Below are positions 30,280 through 39,174 of a stretch of DNA of 64,000 bases, piece by piece. The notes under the pieces were generated by a model, which saw only the letters and a program-made list of their open reading frames with translations, was not told where the DNA came from and did no database searches. Made by a program: the position numbers and the translations under genes. The stretch's first letter is position 1. Each line of letters opens with the position of its first letter. Source of the stretch: Dehalococcoidia bacterium (GTDB lineage Bacteria; Chloroflexota; Dehalococcoidia; Bin125); NCBI GenBank assembly GCA_963663235.2, contig CAXXNO010000006.1, positions 160,001 through 224,000 on the forward strand, in the 5' to 3' direction.

Positions 30280-31005
30280 TCAGGTGGAGAGCGTGAACTC
30301 CCGCGCGAGCTCCTGGGGCTTCACGACGGTCACGCGCTGGCGGCGCAGATCGATGATGCCGCGCTGCCGCCAGATCTGGAGTTGCTTATTCACGGCGACG
30401 CGGCTGGCCCCGATCATGCTGGCGAGGTCCTGCTGACTGATGCGGAGTCCGATCTCCGTACCCGCCTCGGCCGGGACGCCGTGCTGCTCGACCAAGAGCA
30501 GCAGGCGGCGCGCCAGGCGGCCCGGCACGTCGAGCATGTAGGCGTCCTGAATGGAGAGGTTGGTCTGGCGCAAGCGGCGTACCAGGACGCCCACGAGGGC
30601 GCGGCAGGCGTCCGGGTAGCGCGTGAGGACTTGCTGGAAGTCCTGCCGGCTGAGGCTGAGCATCTCCGTGTCGTCCATGGTGGTGGCGGAGGCCGAGCGG
30701 CGATCGTCATCGAGGAGGGACATCTCGCCGAAGACGTCACCGGAGCGGAGGATGGCGAGCAGCACCTCGCGACCGTCGCGAGCCGGCACGAAGATCTTTA
30801 CCGCGCCCTGGACGACGATGTAGAGCATGGAGCCGACATCGTCGACGTGGAACACGGCGGTGCCAGCGCGGAAGCGGACAGGGCGGAGGCGCCGGGCCAG
30901 ATCCTGGAGCAACTCCGGCGACATCTCGCGGAAGAGCGGGACGCGCAAGAGCAGGTCGGACTTCCCGCCGGCGGAGCGGGCTTCGCCGGCCGCGTCAGAG
31001 AGCAT
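30280..31005 (-). CDS. Crp/Fnr family transcriptional regulator
   Basis: cNMP pocket FGEMSLLDDDRRSAS; HTH SQQDLASMIGASRVAVNKQL. Confidence 0.93.
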   Translation of the reverse strand: MLSDAAGEARSAGGKSDLLLRVPLFREMSPELLQDLARRLRPVRFRAGTAVFHVDDVGSMLYIVVQGAVKIFVPARDGREVLLAILRSGDVFGEMSLLDDDRRSASATTMDDTEMLSLSRQDFQQVLTRYPDACRALVGVLVRRLRQTNLSIQDAYMLDVPGRLARRLLLLVEQHGVPAEAGTEIGLRISQQDLASMIGASRVAVNKQLQIWRQRGIIDLRRQRVTVVKPQELAREFTLST

Positions 31006-31093
31006 TGGCTGTGCCGATCACCGTGGCGGCCGCCGGACGTCGACGGCCCCCGGCATGCTAATCGTCAGGCTGAGCCGTGGCGAGCGAACGGGG

Positions 31094-31279
31094 TCAGGCG
31101 GCGCGGCGGCGGGATCGCGGGGTGTAGGTGTCGCGCCGCACGGCGGCCACGGCGGGCAGGCGCTGCGTCTGCGCCCAGGATCTGTGGTCGGCGCCGGCCA
31201 ACAGGCCGCTCCGCCACTGCCAGATGAGCAGGCCCGTCGTGAAGAGCGTTAAGAAGGCAACGAGCACCAGCAAAGCCAT
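31094..31279 (-). CDS. 61-aa single-pass membrane peptide, putatively SOS-regulated
   Basis: MALLVLVAFLTLFTTGLLIWQWRSG...RSRRRAA; GGGGAG RBS; downstream of a consensus promoter carrying LexA-type boxes. Confidence 0.62.
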   Translation of the reverse strand: MALLVLVAFLTLFTTGLLIWQWRSGLLAGADHRSWAQTQRLPAVAAVRRDTYTPRSRRRAA

Positions 31280-31343
31280 AGAATCTCCCCGTCCGGTTGG
31301 ACACAGCCAGTAGAGGGCACCCCGCCACCACATCGGCCATGTG

Positions 31344-31396
31344 GAACAGGTGTTCGGAACAAACGGACTATAGAACGACCGTTCTGCCGTTGTCAA
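31344..31396 (-). promoter_or_regulatory. Sigma70-type promoter with two LexA (SOS) boxes
   Basis: GAACAGGTGTTC 31344-31355; aGAACGACCGTTCt 31373-31384; minus-strand TTGACA (31396-31391) N18 TATAGT (31372-31367). Confidence 0.8.
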
Positions 31397-31409
31397 CGAT
31401 CGGGAGGCC

Positions 31410-31913
31410 ATGCGCGAGAGTGGAAGCGTTTCAGAAGGAGAAACGCCCAGCCCCAGTGAACAGGCGCTGCGCGAGGCAAACCTGGAGCCGGAGCGGCTGG
31501 CGACGCTCATCGCGCTGGGCGAGGGGCTGGCGGCGATCGGGCGGCTGCGGAAGGGCCAGCGGGCGGGCCAGTTCGCCCTGCACAACTTTCTCGTCAGGGC
31601 GGCGTACGAGAGCACCGCAGAGGGCGAGCCAGAGGCGTTGGTCATCCTGATGCGAGCCGGGGTCTTTCGACGTCACACCTGGTTCCTGCACGTGCGGGGC
31701 CAGGGCGAAGCGCTGGATCTCGTCCTGCCGCGGGCGGTGGAGCAGGGCTGGGAGTGGTGGCGCGACATCGAGGAGGTCCGGGATCGGCTGGCGGACGGGG
31801 AGGCGTGGAACGAAGCGGTAGGGCGGCCGTTCGTCGAGGCGCAGCGGGAGCAGCGGCGGCGTCTATCGCAGGCGCGAGTGCAGGTGGGCAAGCGCGCCGA
31901 GGGAGCCGGCTGA
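31410..31913 (+). CDS. Hypothetical protein divergent from the SOS promoter
   Basis: GGGAGG RBS; 167 aa; stop abuts the convergent gene. Confidence 0.65.
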   Translation: MRESGSVSEGETPSPSEQALREANLEPERLATLIALGEGLAAIGRLRKGQRAGQFALHNFLVRAAYESTAEGEPEALVILMRAGVFRRHTWFLHVRGQGEALDLVLPRAVEQGWEWWRDIEEVRDRLADGEAWNEAVGRPFVEAQREQRRRLSQARVQVGKRAEGAG

Positions 31914-31915
31914 GC

Positions 31916-32701
31916 TCAGTCGAACTGGGCGAGGAAGTCGCGCAACAGGTCGACCATGGAGTCCAAGCGCTCAACGGGCATCATATGGCCGCATCCTTCG
32001 AGGATCTCCAGTCGTGCGCCGGGGATACGGCGGCTCATGATCACGCTGCCGCCGGGCGGCGTGATGCGGTCCTGCGCCCCCTGGAGGATCAGGGTGGGAC
32101 AGGAGAGGCCGTCCAGTTCCGCCGTGTAGTTGTAGTCGCTCACGGCGCGACCCCCGGCGGCGTAGGCGAGGGGGTCGTTCTTGAGGCGCTGGGCGTCGTA
32201 GGCGTCCAGCGCGGCCTCGTGGGTTTGCTGGAAGTCCTCCGAGAACTGCAGGGCCGGGCGCTTGCCGACGATGGCGGCCATGCCGTCGCTCTCGAGGCGC
32301 TCGGCGATCAAGTTCCAGCGCTGCGCCGCCTTGGGGCCGACCTCGCTGGAGGTGTTCATGAGGATCAGAGCGCGGGTGCGATCGGGGTAGTCCAGGGCAA
32401 AGCGCTGGGCAACCACGCCGCCCATGGAGAAGCCGAGGACCACGGCGCGCGGAATCGCTAGAGCGTCGAGGAGGCCGGCAAGGTCCCGGGCCCAGACCGC
32501 AGGCGTCACGGGGCCGTGAGGCTTGTCGGAGCGCCCGAAGCCGCGGACGTCCCATCGCAGCACGCGGTACCGCGCCTCGAGCGCCGCGGCCGTAGCGTCC
32601 CAGTCCTGCAGACGGCCGCCCATGCCGTGGGTCAGCACGAGGTCGGGGCCGTCGCCTCCGATCTCGTAGTTGATCGCGATATCGCCCGTCTGGGTGCGCA
32701 T
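31916..32701 (-). CDS. Alpha/beta hydrolase (enol-lactone hydrolase-like)
   Basis: THGMG, DVRGFGRS, GFSMGG nucleophile elbow, QDRITP, GHMM. Confidence 0.9.
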   Translation of the reverse strand: MRTQTGDIAINYEIGGDGPDLVLTHGMGGRLQDWDATAAALEARYRVLRWDVRGFGRSDKPHGPVTPAVWARDLAGLLDALAIPRAVVLGFSMGGVVAQRFALDYPDRTRALILMNTSSEVGPKAAQRWNLIAERLESDGMAAIVGKRPALQFSEDFQQTHEAALDAYDAQRLKNDPLAYAAGGRAVSDYNYTAELDGLSCPTLILQGAQDRITPPGGSVIMSRRIPGARLEILEGCGHMMPVERLDSMVDLLRDFLAQFD

Positions 32702-32740
32702 GTCGCCGGCTCCGATTCTCCAGATCTCTGCGCGGGCTTT

Positions 32741-32756
32741 CTTACGGCGTTCTTAC
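32741..32756. promoter_or_regulatory. CTTAC x2 at 11-bp spacing (reverse complement of GTAAG)
   Basis: CTTAC at 32741 and 32752, upstream of the secreted helical protein. Confidence 0.35.
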
Positions 32757-32857
32757 GATCGCATCACGCAACCGGGGAAGAGCGCAAACATTCCGCGCCT
32801 AACGTCAGTCGTGTCGCAAGTACGACAGGAACAGGAAATGGAAAGAGAGGATAGCAG

Positions 32858-33571
32858 ATGCGAATGCGACAGAGACTGATGATCGGTGTGGTGACGGCGA
32901 CAGCGTTGGTAGGTGCCACGGCGGGCGTCGTGGCGGCGCAAAGCGCACCCGGGGGAGACGATCCCGGGACGGCGAACGCGCAGCAGCGTCCGTCGCGGAA
33001 CGGGGCCGGTCCGGCGGCCGCGGCGGCGGAGCTCTTGGGCATTACGCCGGAGGAGTTCATCGAGCAGGTGCGCGCGGGATCGACGCCGGTCGAGATCGCG
33101 GCGTCGTTGGGTGTCGATGCGGACACGCTGGTGCAGGGCGTGGTGTCCGCGCTGCTGACGCAGATCAGCGAGGATCTGCCGGGGCGGATCGCCGCGTGGG
33201 CAGACGGCGAGCGTCTCGAGGGGCAGCGGTCCGGTCAACACCGCGGGGCTCGCGTCCTGGGGCAGGCGGCCGAATTCATCGGCGTCAGCATCCAGGCCCT
33301 GGTGACGGCCTTGCAAGAGGGCCAAACGATCGCGGACGTGGCGGCGGCCAACGGGTCGTCCGGCGACGCGGTGATCGCGGCGGCCGTGGCTGAGGCCGAG
33401 GCACGGCTGGCGGAGAAGGTCGCGGCCGGCGAGCTAACGCAGGAAGAGGCCGACGCGCGGCTGGCGGAGATCACCGAACGGGTGACGGAGCGGGTGAACA
33501 GCCCCTTCGAGTTCCGCGGCGATGGCCCGCCTCGCGGCGGCGACGGGTTCGCATCGGGGCCGACGCTCTAG
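32858..33571 (+). CDS. Secreted helical-repeat hypothetical protein
   Basis: Signal peptide; repeated AAELLGITPEEF / AAEFIGVSIQAL; GELTQEEADARL. Confidence 0.75.
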   Translation: MRMRQRLMIGVVTATALVGATAGVVAAQSAPGGDDPGTANAQQRPSRNGAGPAAAAAELLGITPEEFIEQVRAGSTPVEIAASLGVDADTLVQGVVSALLTQISEDLPGRIAAWADGERLEGQRSGQHRGARVLGQAAEFIGVSIQALVTALQEGQTIADVAAANGSSGDAVIAAAVAEAEARLAEKVAAGELTQEEADARLAEITERVTERVNSPFEFRGDGPPRGGDGFASGPTL

Positions 33572-33694
33572 CGTCGCGCCTCGTGCGTGCGGGTGGGGCT
33601 CGGGGGGAGACCTCTGGGCCTCGTCCGCGTTTCGCCGCTGCGGCCCCAAGAAGGAGCGCTGCTAGTATCGGCGGAAGGTGGACGGGAGCGGCAC

Positions 33695-34885
33695 ATGGAC
33701 TTTCGGTTTTCCAGCGACGACGAGGCGTTCCGCCGGGACCTAGAGGCGTTCTTGGACGTGGAGGTGCCGGCCTCGTGGACCGATGGCGTCGTGGGGATCA
33801 ATCCCGGGGACGACAATAGAGACTCAGAGTTCGAGTGGCGGTTCATGCGCGGGTTCCAGCGCAAGCTGGTCGACAAGGGCTGGCTGACGCTGGCCTGGCC
33901 CAAGGAGCACGGGGGCGCGGGGGCGGGCTATGTGCGCCAGGCGCTGTTCGCGGAAACGATGGCCGCCCGCCGGGCGCCGGTGTACAACCAGGGCCTGGAC
34001 CGGGTGGGGCCGACGCTCATGCGCTACGGCAGCGCGGAGCAACAAGAGCGGTTCCTGCCGCGCATCGGCAGCGGCGAGATCTTCTTCTGCCAGGGGTTCA
34101 GCGAGCCGGGCGCCGGCTCCGACCTGGCCAGCGTGCAGACGCGCGCGGTCCGCGACGGGGACGACTACGTCATCAACGGGCAGAAGATCTGGACGTCGCA
34201 CGCGCACCGGGCAGAGTGGATGTTCCTACTGACGCGCAGCGACCCGGACGCCCGCAAGCACAAAGGGATCTCCTACTTCCTGGTGGACATGCAGAGCCCG
34301 GGGATCACCGTGCGGCCGTTGCTGGACCTATCGGGCCGGCACCACTTCAACGAGGTCTTCTTCGAGGACCTGCGCGTGCCGGCGATCAACCGGGTGGGCG
34401 AGGAGAACGAAGGCTGGTACGTGGCCGCGACCACGCTGGACTTCGAGCGCTCAGGCATCGCGCGGGTGGTGGCGGCGATCCGCACGCTGGAAGAGCTCAC
34501 CGCGTTCGCCAAGCGTCCGGGTCCGGACGGGCGACGGGCGATCGACAACGAGCGGGTGCGACATCGGCTGGCGGAGATGCACATCGAGTTCGCGGTGGGA
34601 AGGCTACTGGCCTACCGGGTGGCGTCGATGCTGGACGCGGGGGAGCGCCCGGGCGTGGAGGCGAGCATCAGCAAGCTGTTCGGATCCGAAGTGCAGCAGC
34701 GGTTGGCGGGGCTGATCAACATGGTGGGGTTGAGCGGAGCGCTGACGCTGGGGTCGGAGTGGGCGCCGCTGGGCGGGCGTCTGCCGCACGAGTACTTGCT
34801 GGCGGTGCAGTTGACGATCGCCGCAGGGACGAGCGAGATCCAGCGCAACATCATCGCGACGCGGGGGCTGGGGCTACCGCGCTAA
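33695..34885 (+). CDS. Acyl-CoA dehydrogenase
   Basis: CQGFSEPGAGSDLA, NGQKIWTS, FNEVFF, TIAAGTSEIQRNII. Confidence 0.93.
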   Translation: MDFRFSSDDEAFRRDLEAFLDVEVPASWTDGVVGINPGDDNRDSEFEWRFMRGFQRKLVDKGWLTLAWPKEHGGAGAGYVRQALFAETMAARRAPVYNQGLDRVGPTLMRYGSAEQQERFLPRIGSGEIFFCQGFSEPGAGSDLASVQTRAVRDGDDYVINGQKIWTSHAHRAEWMFLLTRSDPDARKHKGISYFLVDMQSPGITVRPLLDLSGRHHFNEVFFEDLRVPAINRVGEENEGWYVAATTLDFERSGIARVVAAIRTLEELTAFAKRPGPDGRRAIDNERVRHRLAEMHIEFAVGRLLAYRVASMLDAGERPGVEASISKLFGSEVQQRLAGLINMVGLSGALTLGSEWAPLGGRLPHEYLLAVQLTIAAGTSEIQRNIIATRGLGLPR

Positions 34886-34909
34886 GTCGTATCGCGGGCG
34901 GGGGCGGGG

Positions 34910-35251
34910 TCAGGAGCTGCCGGCGCGGGCGCGACGGATGAAGGCGTTGCCCAACGCGCCCCAGGTCGTCACGAGAAACGGCACTAGGTAGGTCAACGGA
35001 ATCTGCCAGGCGAGCGAGCCAGAGAAGTCGCCGTCGATCATGCCAGGCACTTGGTTAATCGTCACGAGGATGGAACCGACCACGGCGGCGGTGGCGAGCG
35101 AGCGGCGCAACATGCGGGGATTCCTCAAGGCGCAGAGAGTGCAGCTGAGGACGAAGCCGACGTCGCTGCGCATGCGGAAGGTGAAATGCGCGCCGGGACG
35201 GTCCTCCCGGTGGGGGCAGATCCGTGTTGGAGGGGGCGAGGTCTCCGTCAT
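34910..35251 (-). CDS. NrtS-family small membrane protein with Cys/His-rich N-terminal extension
   Basis: ATAAVVGSILVTINQ ... LTYLVPFLVTTWGA; N-terminal CPH ... CTLC. Confidence 0.7.
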   Translation of the reverse strand: MTETSPPPTRICPHREDRPGAHFTFRMRSDVGFVLSCTLCALRNPRMLRRSLATAAVVGSILVTINQVPGMIDGDFSGSLAWQIPLTYLVPFLVTTWGALGNAFIRRARAGSS

Positions 35252-35260
35252 CGCCGCCGG

Positions 35261-37189
35261 CTACTCGCCGTCGGCGCCGGCCGCGGCGTCGGCATCCCCC
35301 ACTGCGTCAGCGTCTTCGGGAAGGGAGCGATCTGTGGGGTAATCCTCGTGCTCGGTGTCGAGCCAGGTTTTGTCGAATTGGTGCCCGGACCAGGCGAACT
35401 CGAGACTGCGCTCGTCGACGTGGAAATAGGGTCGAGAGATGCCCAGCTGGATGCCGTTGGTGACGTTGACCAGCCAGAAGGGGTCCTCCAGGAAGATCTC
35501 CTGCACCTCCAGCGCCAGCGTGCGTCGTTCCTGCAAGTCGAAGGTGCGCTTCATTTTGTCCACACGATCATCGACGTCCGGGTTGGAGTAGCGCCCCCAG
35601 TTTTCCGGACCGCCGGTGCGCGCCTGGCGTAGCCAGAGACTGGTGGGGTCGGCCTCGGCCTGCTGAAGGGCGACAGGGCCGAGGCCCATGAATGCCGGCA
35701 GCGTTCCAGCGGCCAGCGAATCAAAGATGTCCTGGTAGGAGCGGAAGGAGATCTCCACCGGAAGGTCGAGATTGCGCTGGAGCATGGCCTGGATGGTATC
35801 CGCGATACCGGGGAAGAAGCCCTGGAAGAGGTCGGGGATGACCAGGGGGATCGGGGGGAGGAGGTCGGGGCCGCCGGCGGCGTCCACGAGCGCCCGGATC
35901 TCGGGGAGGTCCTCCTCCTTGTCGGGGCGGTAGCCGGGCCGGGTGAGGAGGTCATCCTCCGGGATCGCCCAGTCGTCGAGGTACCAGGGCACGGGCCCCG
36001 ACAAGCGGCCGTCGCCGAAGTAGAGGCGGTCGATCAACTCGAAGCGGTCGATGGCCAAGTGGACGGCGCGAGCGAGGCGGCGGTCGGCGAAGGGGTTGTC
36101 CGGGTCATCGCTCAAGAGGAAACCGAGCTGCACGGCCGTCTGGATCGGGCGCTCATGGCGGTTGTCGTCCGGAAACGCCTCGCGCAGAGCCAGCGCGGCG
36201 GGGTGGCTGAGCGGGAAGTCGATCAGGTCCACGCTGCCGTTCAAATAGGCGGAGTCGGCAGCGGCGGCAGGCGCTTCGACGAAGCGCCAGCCCTCCGGAA
36301 AGGCCGTGTCCGGCTTCCACCAGTTGCTGGAGCGTTTGAGGAGGAGGTCCAGCCCCTGCGTGAAAGAGACCGGAAGATAGGGCCCCGTGCCGCTGTTGAG
36401 GTCGACGTTGGTGGGTACATCGCGCCAGGAGTCGCCGAACTCCTCAAGAGCCTCGGGGCTCGTCATCCAGGCCCAGGGGCCGGCGTGGACTGTGCCGAGG
36501 TAGGTGGAATCGGGTCCGTCCGTGCGGAGCACTATGGTGCGGTCGCCGGTGACCTCCATTGAGACCGTGCGGGTGTAGTCGGCCTGTCGGAAGAAGAGGA
36601 GGTCGGGATTCTCCTGCGCGTCGAGCCCTTCGATCTGGCGCTGGATGTTGAAGCGGATGTCGTCAGCGGTGAAGGAGCGGCCGTCGGTGGGTGACTGGTC
36701 CCAGAAGCGGGCCTCGGGCTTCACCTGGAAGATGTAGGTCTCTTCGTCCGGCATCTCCGGCAGGCCGGTCAGATCGCCCTCCATGGAGCCGTCCGAGATG
36801 GAATCCCAGCGGACGAGGCGGTTGTACATGAAGCTGTGCCAGAGTTGCGTCTGGGTGAAGCGGCTGCGATGCGGATCCCAGCGGTCGTGGTTCTGCTGAT
36901 CGGTTTGGGCCGGCAGCGCAGCGATCCCACCGGCCACGGGCGCGGTGGGGGGTTCGCGGCGGGGCTCGGGTTCCGATTGCGCTTGGGCCTCGGCCTGCAT
37001 GACCGCCTGGGCAACCTGATCGGCGGCCTGCTCGGCGTCGACGGTCTCGTCCTCCGGCGACGCGGGCTCGTCATCGCCGCCACAGCCGACGGCGGCAATC
37101 GCCGCCGCGCCGATCCCGGCGGAAGCGGCGGCGCGCAAGAGCACCCGGCGCGGCACGCGTGAATGGCGCCAGGAAGATGCGTGGCTCAT
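35261..37189 (-). CDS. ABC transporter substrate-binding protein, family 5 (Tat lipoprotein)
   Basis: PRRVLL Tat motif, AVGC lipobox, GRSFTADDIRF, GTGPY, ENWGRYSNPDVD. Confidence 0.88.
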   Translation of the reverse strand: MSHASSWRHSRVPRRVLLRAAASAGIGAAAIAAVGCGGDDEPASPEDETVDAEQAADQVAQAVMQAEAQAQSEPEPRREPPTAPVAGGIAALPAQTDQQNHDRWDPHRSRFTQTQLWHSFMYNRLVRWDSISDGSMEGDLTGLPEMPDEETYIFQVKPEARFWDQSPTDGRSFTADDIRFNIQRQIEGLDAQENPDLLFFRQADYTRTVSMEVTGDRTIVLRTDGPDSTYLGTVHAGPWAWMTSPEALEEFGDSWRDVPTNVDLNSGTGPYLPVSFTQGLDLLLKRSSNWWKPDTAFPEGWRFVEAPAAAADSAYLNGSVDLIDFPLSHPAALALREAFPDDNRHERPIQTAVQLGFLLSDDPDNPFADRRLARAVHLAIDRFELIDRLYFGDGRLSGPVPWYLDDWAIPEDDLLTRPGYRPDKEEDLPEIRALVDAAGGPDLLPPIPLVIPDLFQGFFPGIADTIQAMLQRNLDLPVEISFRSYQDIFDSLAAGTLPAFMGLGPVALQQAEADPTSLWLRQARTGGPENWGRYSNPDVDDRVDKMKRTFDLQERRTLALEVQEIFLEDPFWLVNVTNGIQLGISRPYFHVDERSLEFAWSGHQFDKTWLDTEHEDYPTDRSLPEDADAVGDADAAAGADGE

Positions 37190-37369
37190 GAATCTCTCAG
37201 CGCTTTGCCCCGGCCGCGGGTTAGCGTAACCGTCTCCGCGGTAGCGTTCCAGCGCGTGGGGAAGCAGGAGGCCGGGGGTACCGCCAAAATGGGGGGGGAA
37301 TCGCTATTATGCCTCGGCCCCCGGGAACGGGGCCGGGACGGCCAAGATTAGCAGCGGCGGGAGGGCTCG

Positions 37370-38344
37370 ATGGCACGGAAGCACCTGGAGGGGAAGGTTG
37401 CGATCGTCACGGGGGCGGGTCACGGCATCGGCCGGGGGGTGGCGCTGACGTTCGCGCGCGAGGGGGCGAAGGTGGTGGTGAACGACTACGGAGGGCCGCC
37501 CAACGAGATTGGGGAGCAGAGCAGCGAGGCGGCCAATGCGGTGGTGGAGGAGATCCGTAAGGGGGGCGGCGAGGCGGTCGCGAATGCGGGCAGCGTGGCG
37601 AAGATGTCGACGGGCGAGGCGTTGGTGCAACTGGCGCTGGACAACTTCGGGAAGCTGGACATCGCGGTCTGCTGCGCCGGGATTTTGCGCGAGCGCATGG
37701 TGTTTAACATGACGGAGGATGAGTGGGACGACATCGTGGCCGTGCATTTGAAGGGGCACTTCGCCGTGACGAAGTACGCCTCGCAGGTGTTCCGGCAGCA
37801 GCGCAGCGGACGGTTGATCTTCATTTCGTCGAATGCGATGTTCGGCAGCCCCGGCCAGCCGAACTACTCGGCGGCGAAAGCGGGGATCTGGGGCTTCATG
37901 CGCTCCTGCGCCAACGCGCTGGGCCGCTACAACGTCACCTGCAACGCCATCCTGCCGGCGGCGTCGACGCGGCTGATGGACCGGACGCCGCAGGCGATGC
38001 AGCAGATGGAGAAAGCCGGAATCGTATCGTCGGAGGTGAACGTGGGGACACGCCGTGACCCCGTGAGCATCGCGCCGTGGCTGGTGTACCTGGCGTCGGA
38101 GGAGGCGCAGGGCGTCACCGGCCAGGCGTTTGGCGTGCGCGGGTACGACGTGGTGCTCTACAGCCACCCGCACGAGAAGTTCCTCCTCCGGAGCGAAGGG
38201 GATCAGCCCTGGGACATGGAGCGGCTGTTCGAGCGGGCTGAGCACGAGATGATGCCGCGGCTGGAAGATCCGCTGCTCGGCCGGGCGGCGGACGTAGGGG
38301 GCTACGCGACGACCGCCGAGGGCGACGCGCGGCCGGGATTGTAG
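37370..38344 (+). CDS. SDR family oxidoreductase
   Basis: TGAGHGIG, YSAAK. Confidence 0.92.
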   Translation: MARKHLEGKVAIVTGAGHGIGRGVALTFAREGAKVVVNDYGGPPNEIGEQSSEAANAVVEEIRKGGGEAVANAGSVAKMSTGEALVQLALDNFGKLDIAVCCAGILRERMVFNMTEDEWDDIVAVHLKGHFAVTKYASQVFRQQRSGRLIFISSNAMFGSPGQPNYSAAKAGIWGFMRSCANALGRYNVTCNAILPAASTRLMDRTPQAMQQMEKAGIVSSEVNVGTRRDPVSIAPWLVYLASEEAQGVTGQAFGVRGYDVVLYSHPHEKFLLRSEGDQPWDMERLFERAEHEMMPRLEDPLLGRAADVGGYATTAEGDARPGL

Positions 38345-38463
38345 CGGGCTGCGCATCGACTGGACGCTCTTGGGCGCTGGACGCTCTGGGGAGGCCGCGC
38401 CATACTGGCGCTGAGCGATGCGCCGGTGCGTTTCGGCGAACGAACCGGCGCGTGTAGGGAGGC

Positions 38464-38874
38464 ATGACGGTGTCGCTGGCGTCAGATCTGAGGGCAGCGG
38501 CGTTCGATCGCAGTCAGCCGATCCCGGTCCAGTTTCTGCTGCTGGCGATGCTGCCGATGATCATCGCCATCGATCGTAGCGTGCCGTTGCCGATCCGGGC
38601 CATGGTGGCACTGCCTGCGCTGATCGTGGGCGGGGTTCTCTTCGTTGTGGTGAACGCGATCATGGTGAATCTGGGCGCGGGGAACCAGCACTTGAGCACC
38701 AACGAGGGCGGGTTCGAGCAGTTGCTGCTGTGGATCATTGTAGGGGCCGGGCTCGCCATCGGGCTGGGGATGGGCGGATTCATCTATTTCGGGGTGCGGC
38801 GCGGCGGCATGGACGCAGCGGGCGACGAGGAAGACGAGGATGCGGGCGGCGAGAGCGGGATGCTGGAGGTCTGA
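38464..38874 (+). CDS. Hypothetical membrane protein
   Basis: Three hydrophobic segments and an acidic tail; GGAGG RBS. Confidence 0.6.
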   Translation: MTVSLASDLRAAAFDRSQPIPVQFLLLAMLPMIIAIDRSVPLPIRAMVALPALIVGGVLFVVVNAIMVNLGAGNQHLSTNEGGFEQLLLWIIVGAGLAIGLGMGGFIYFGVRRGGMDAAGDEEDEDAGGESGMLEV

Positions 38875-38878
38875 TCTT

Positions 38879-39152
38879 TCGGTGATCGCGCCCAACGGGT
38901 GCGGCAAGAGCGGCCGGTCGATCGCGGCGAGACGACTGTCCATCCTCCGTAGCACACGGAATCTTTGTCGGTGATCGCGCCCGACGGGTGCGGTAAGAGC
39001 GGCTGGTCGATCGCGGCGAGACGACCGTCCATCCTCCGTAGCACAGGGAATCGTTTCGGTGATCGCGACCAAGGGGTGCGGTAAGAGCAGTTGATCGATC
39101 GCGGCGCGAAGACCGTCCGATCTCCGTAGCACACGCCGTCGCACACGGAATC
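38879..39152. repeat. About 89-bp imperfect tandem repeat x3
   Basis: Units start tcggtgatcgcg at 38879, 38968 and 39056 and end ctccgtagcaca. Confidence 0.93.
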
Positions 39153-39174
39153 GTCAGGCCGCAGCCGGAGCCGC

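Noticed and set aside
38879-39152. CRISPR array
   Set aside because: The units are similar over their whole length with no unique spacers, and no cas genes are present.
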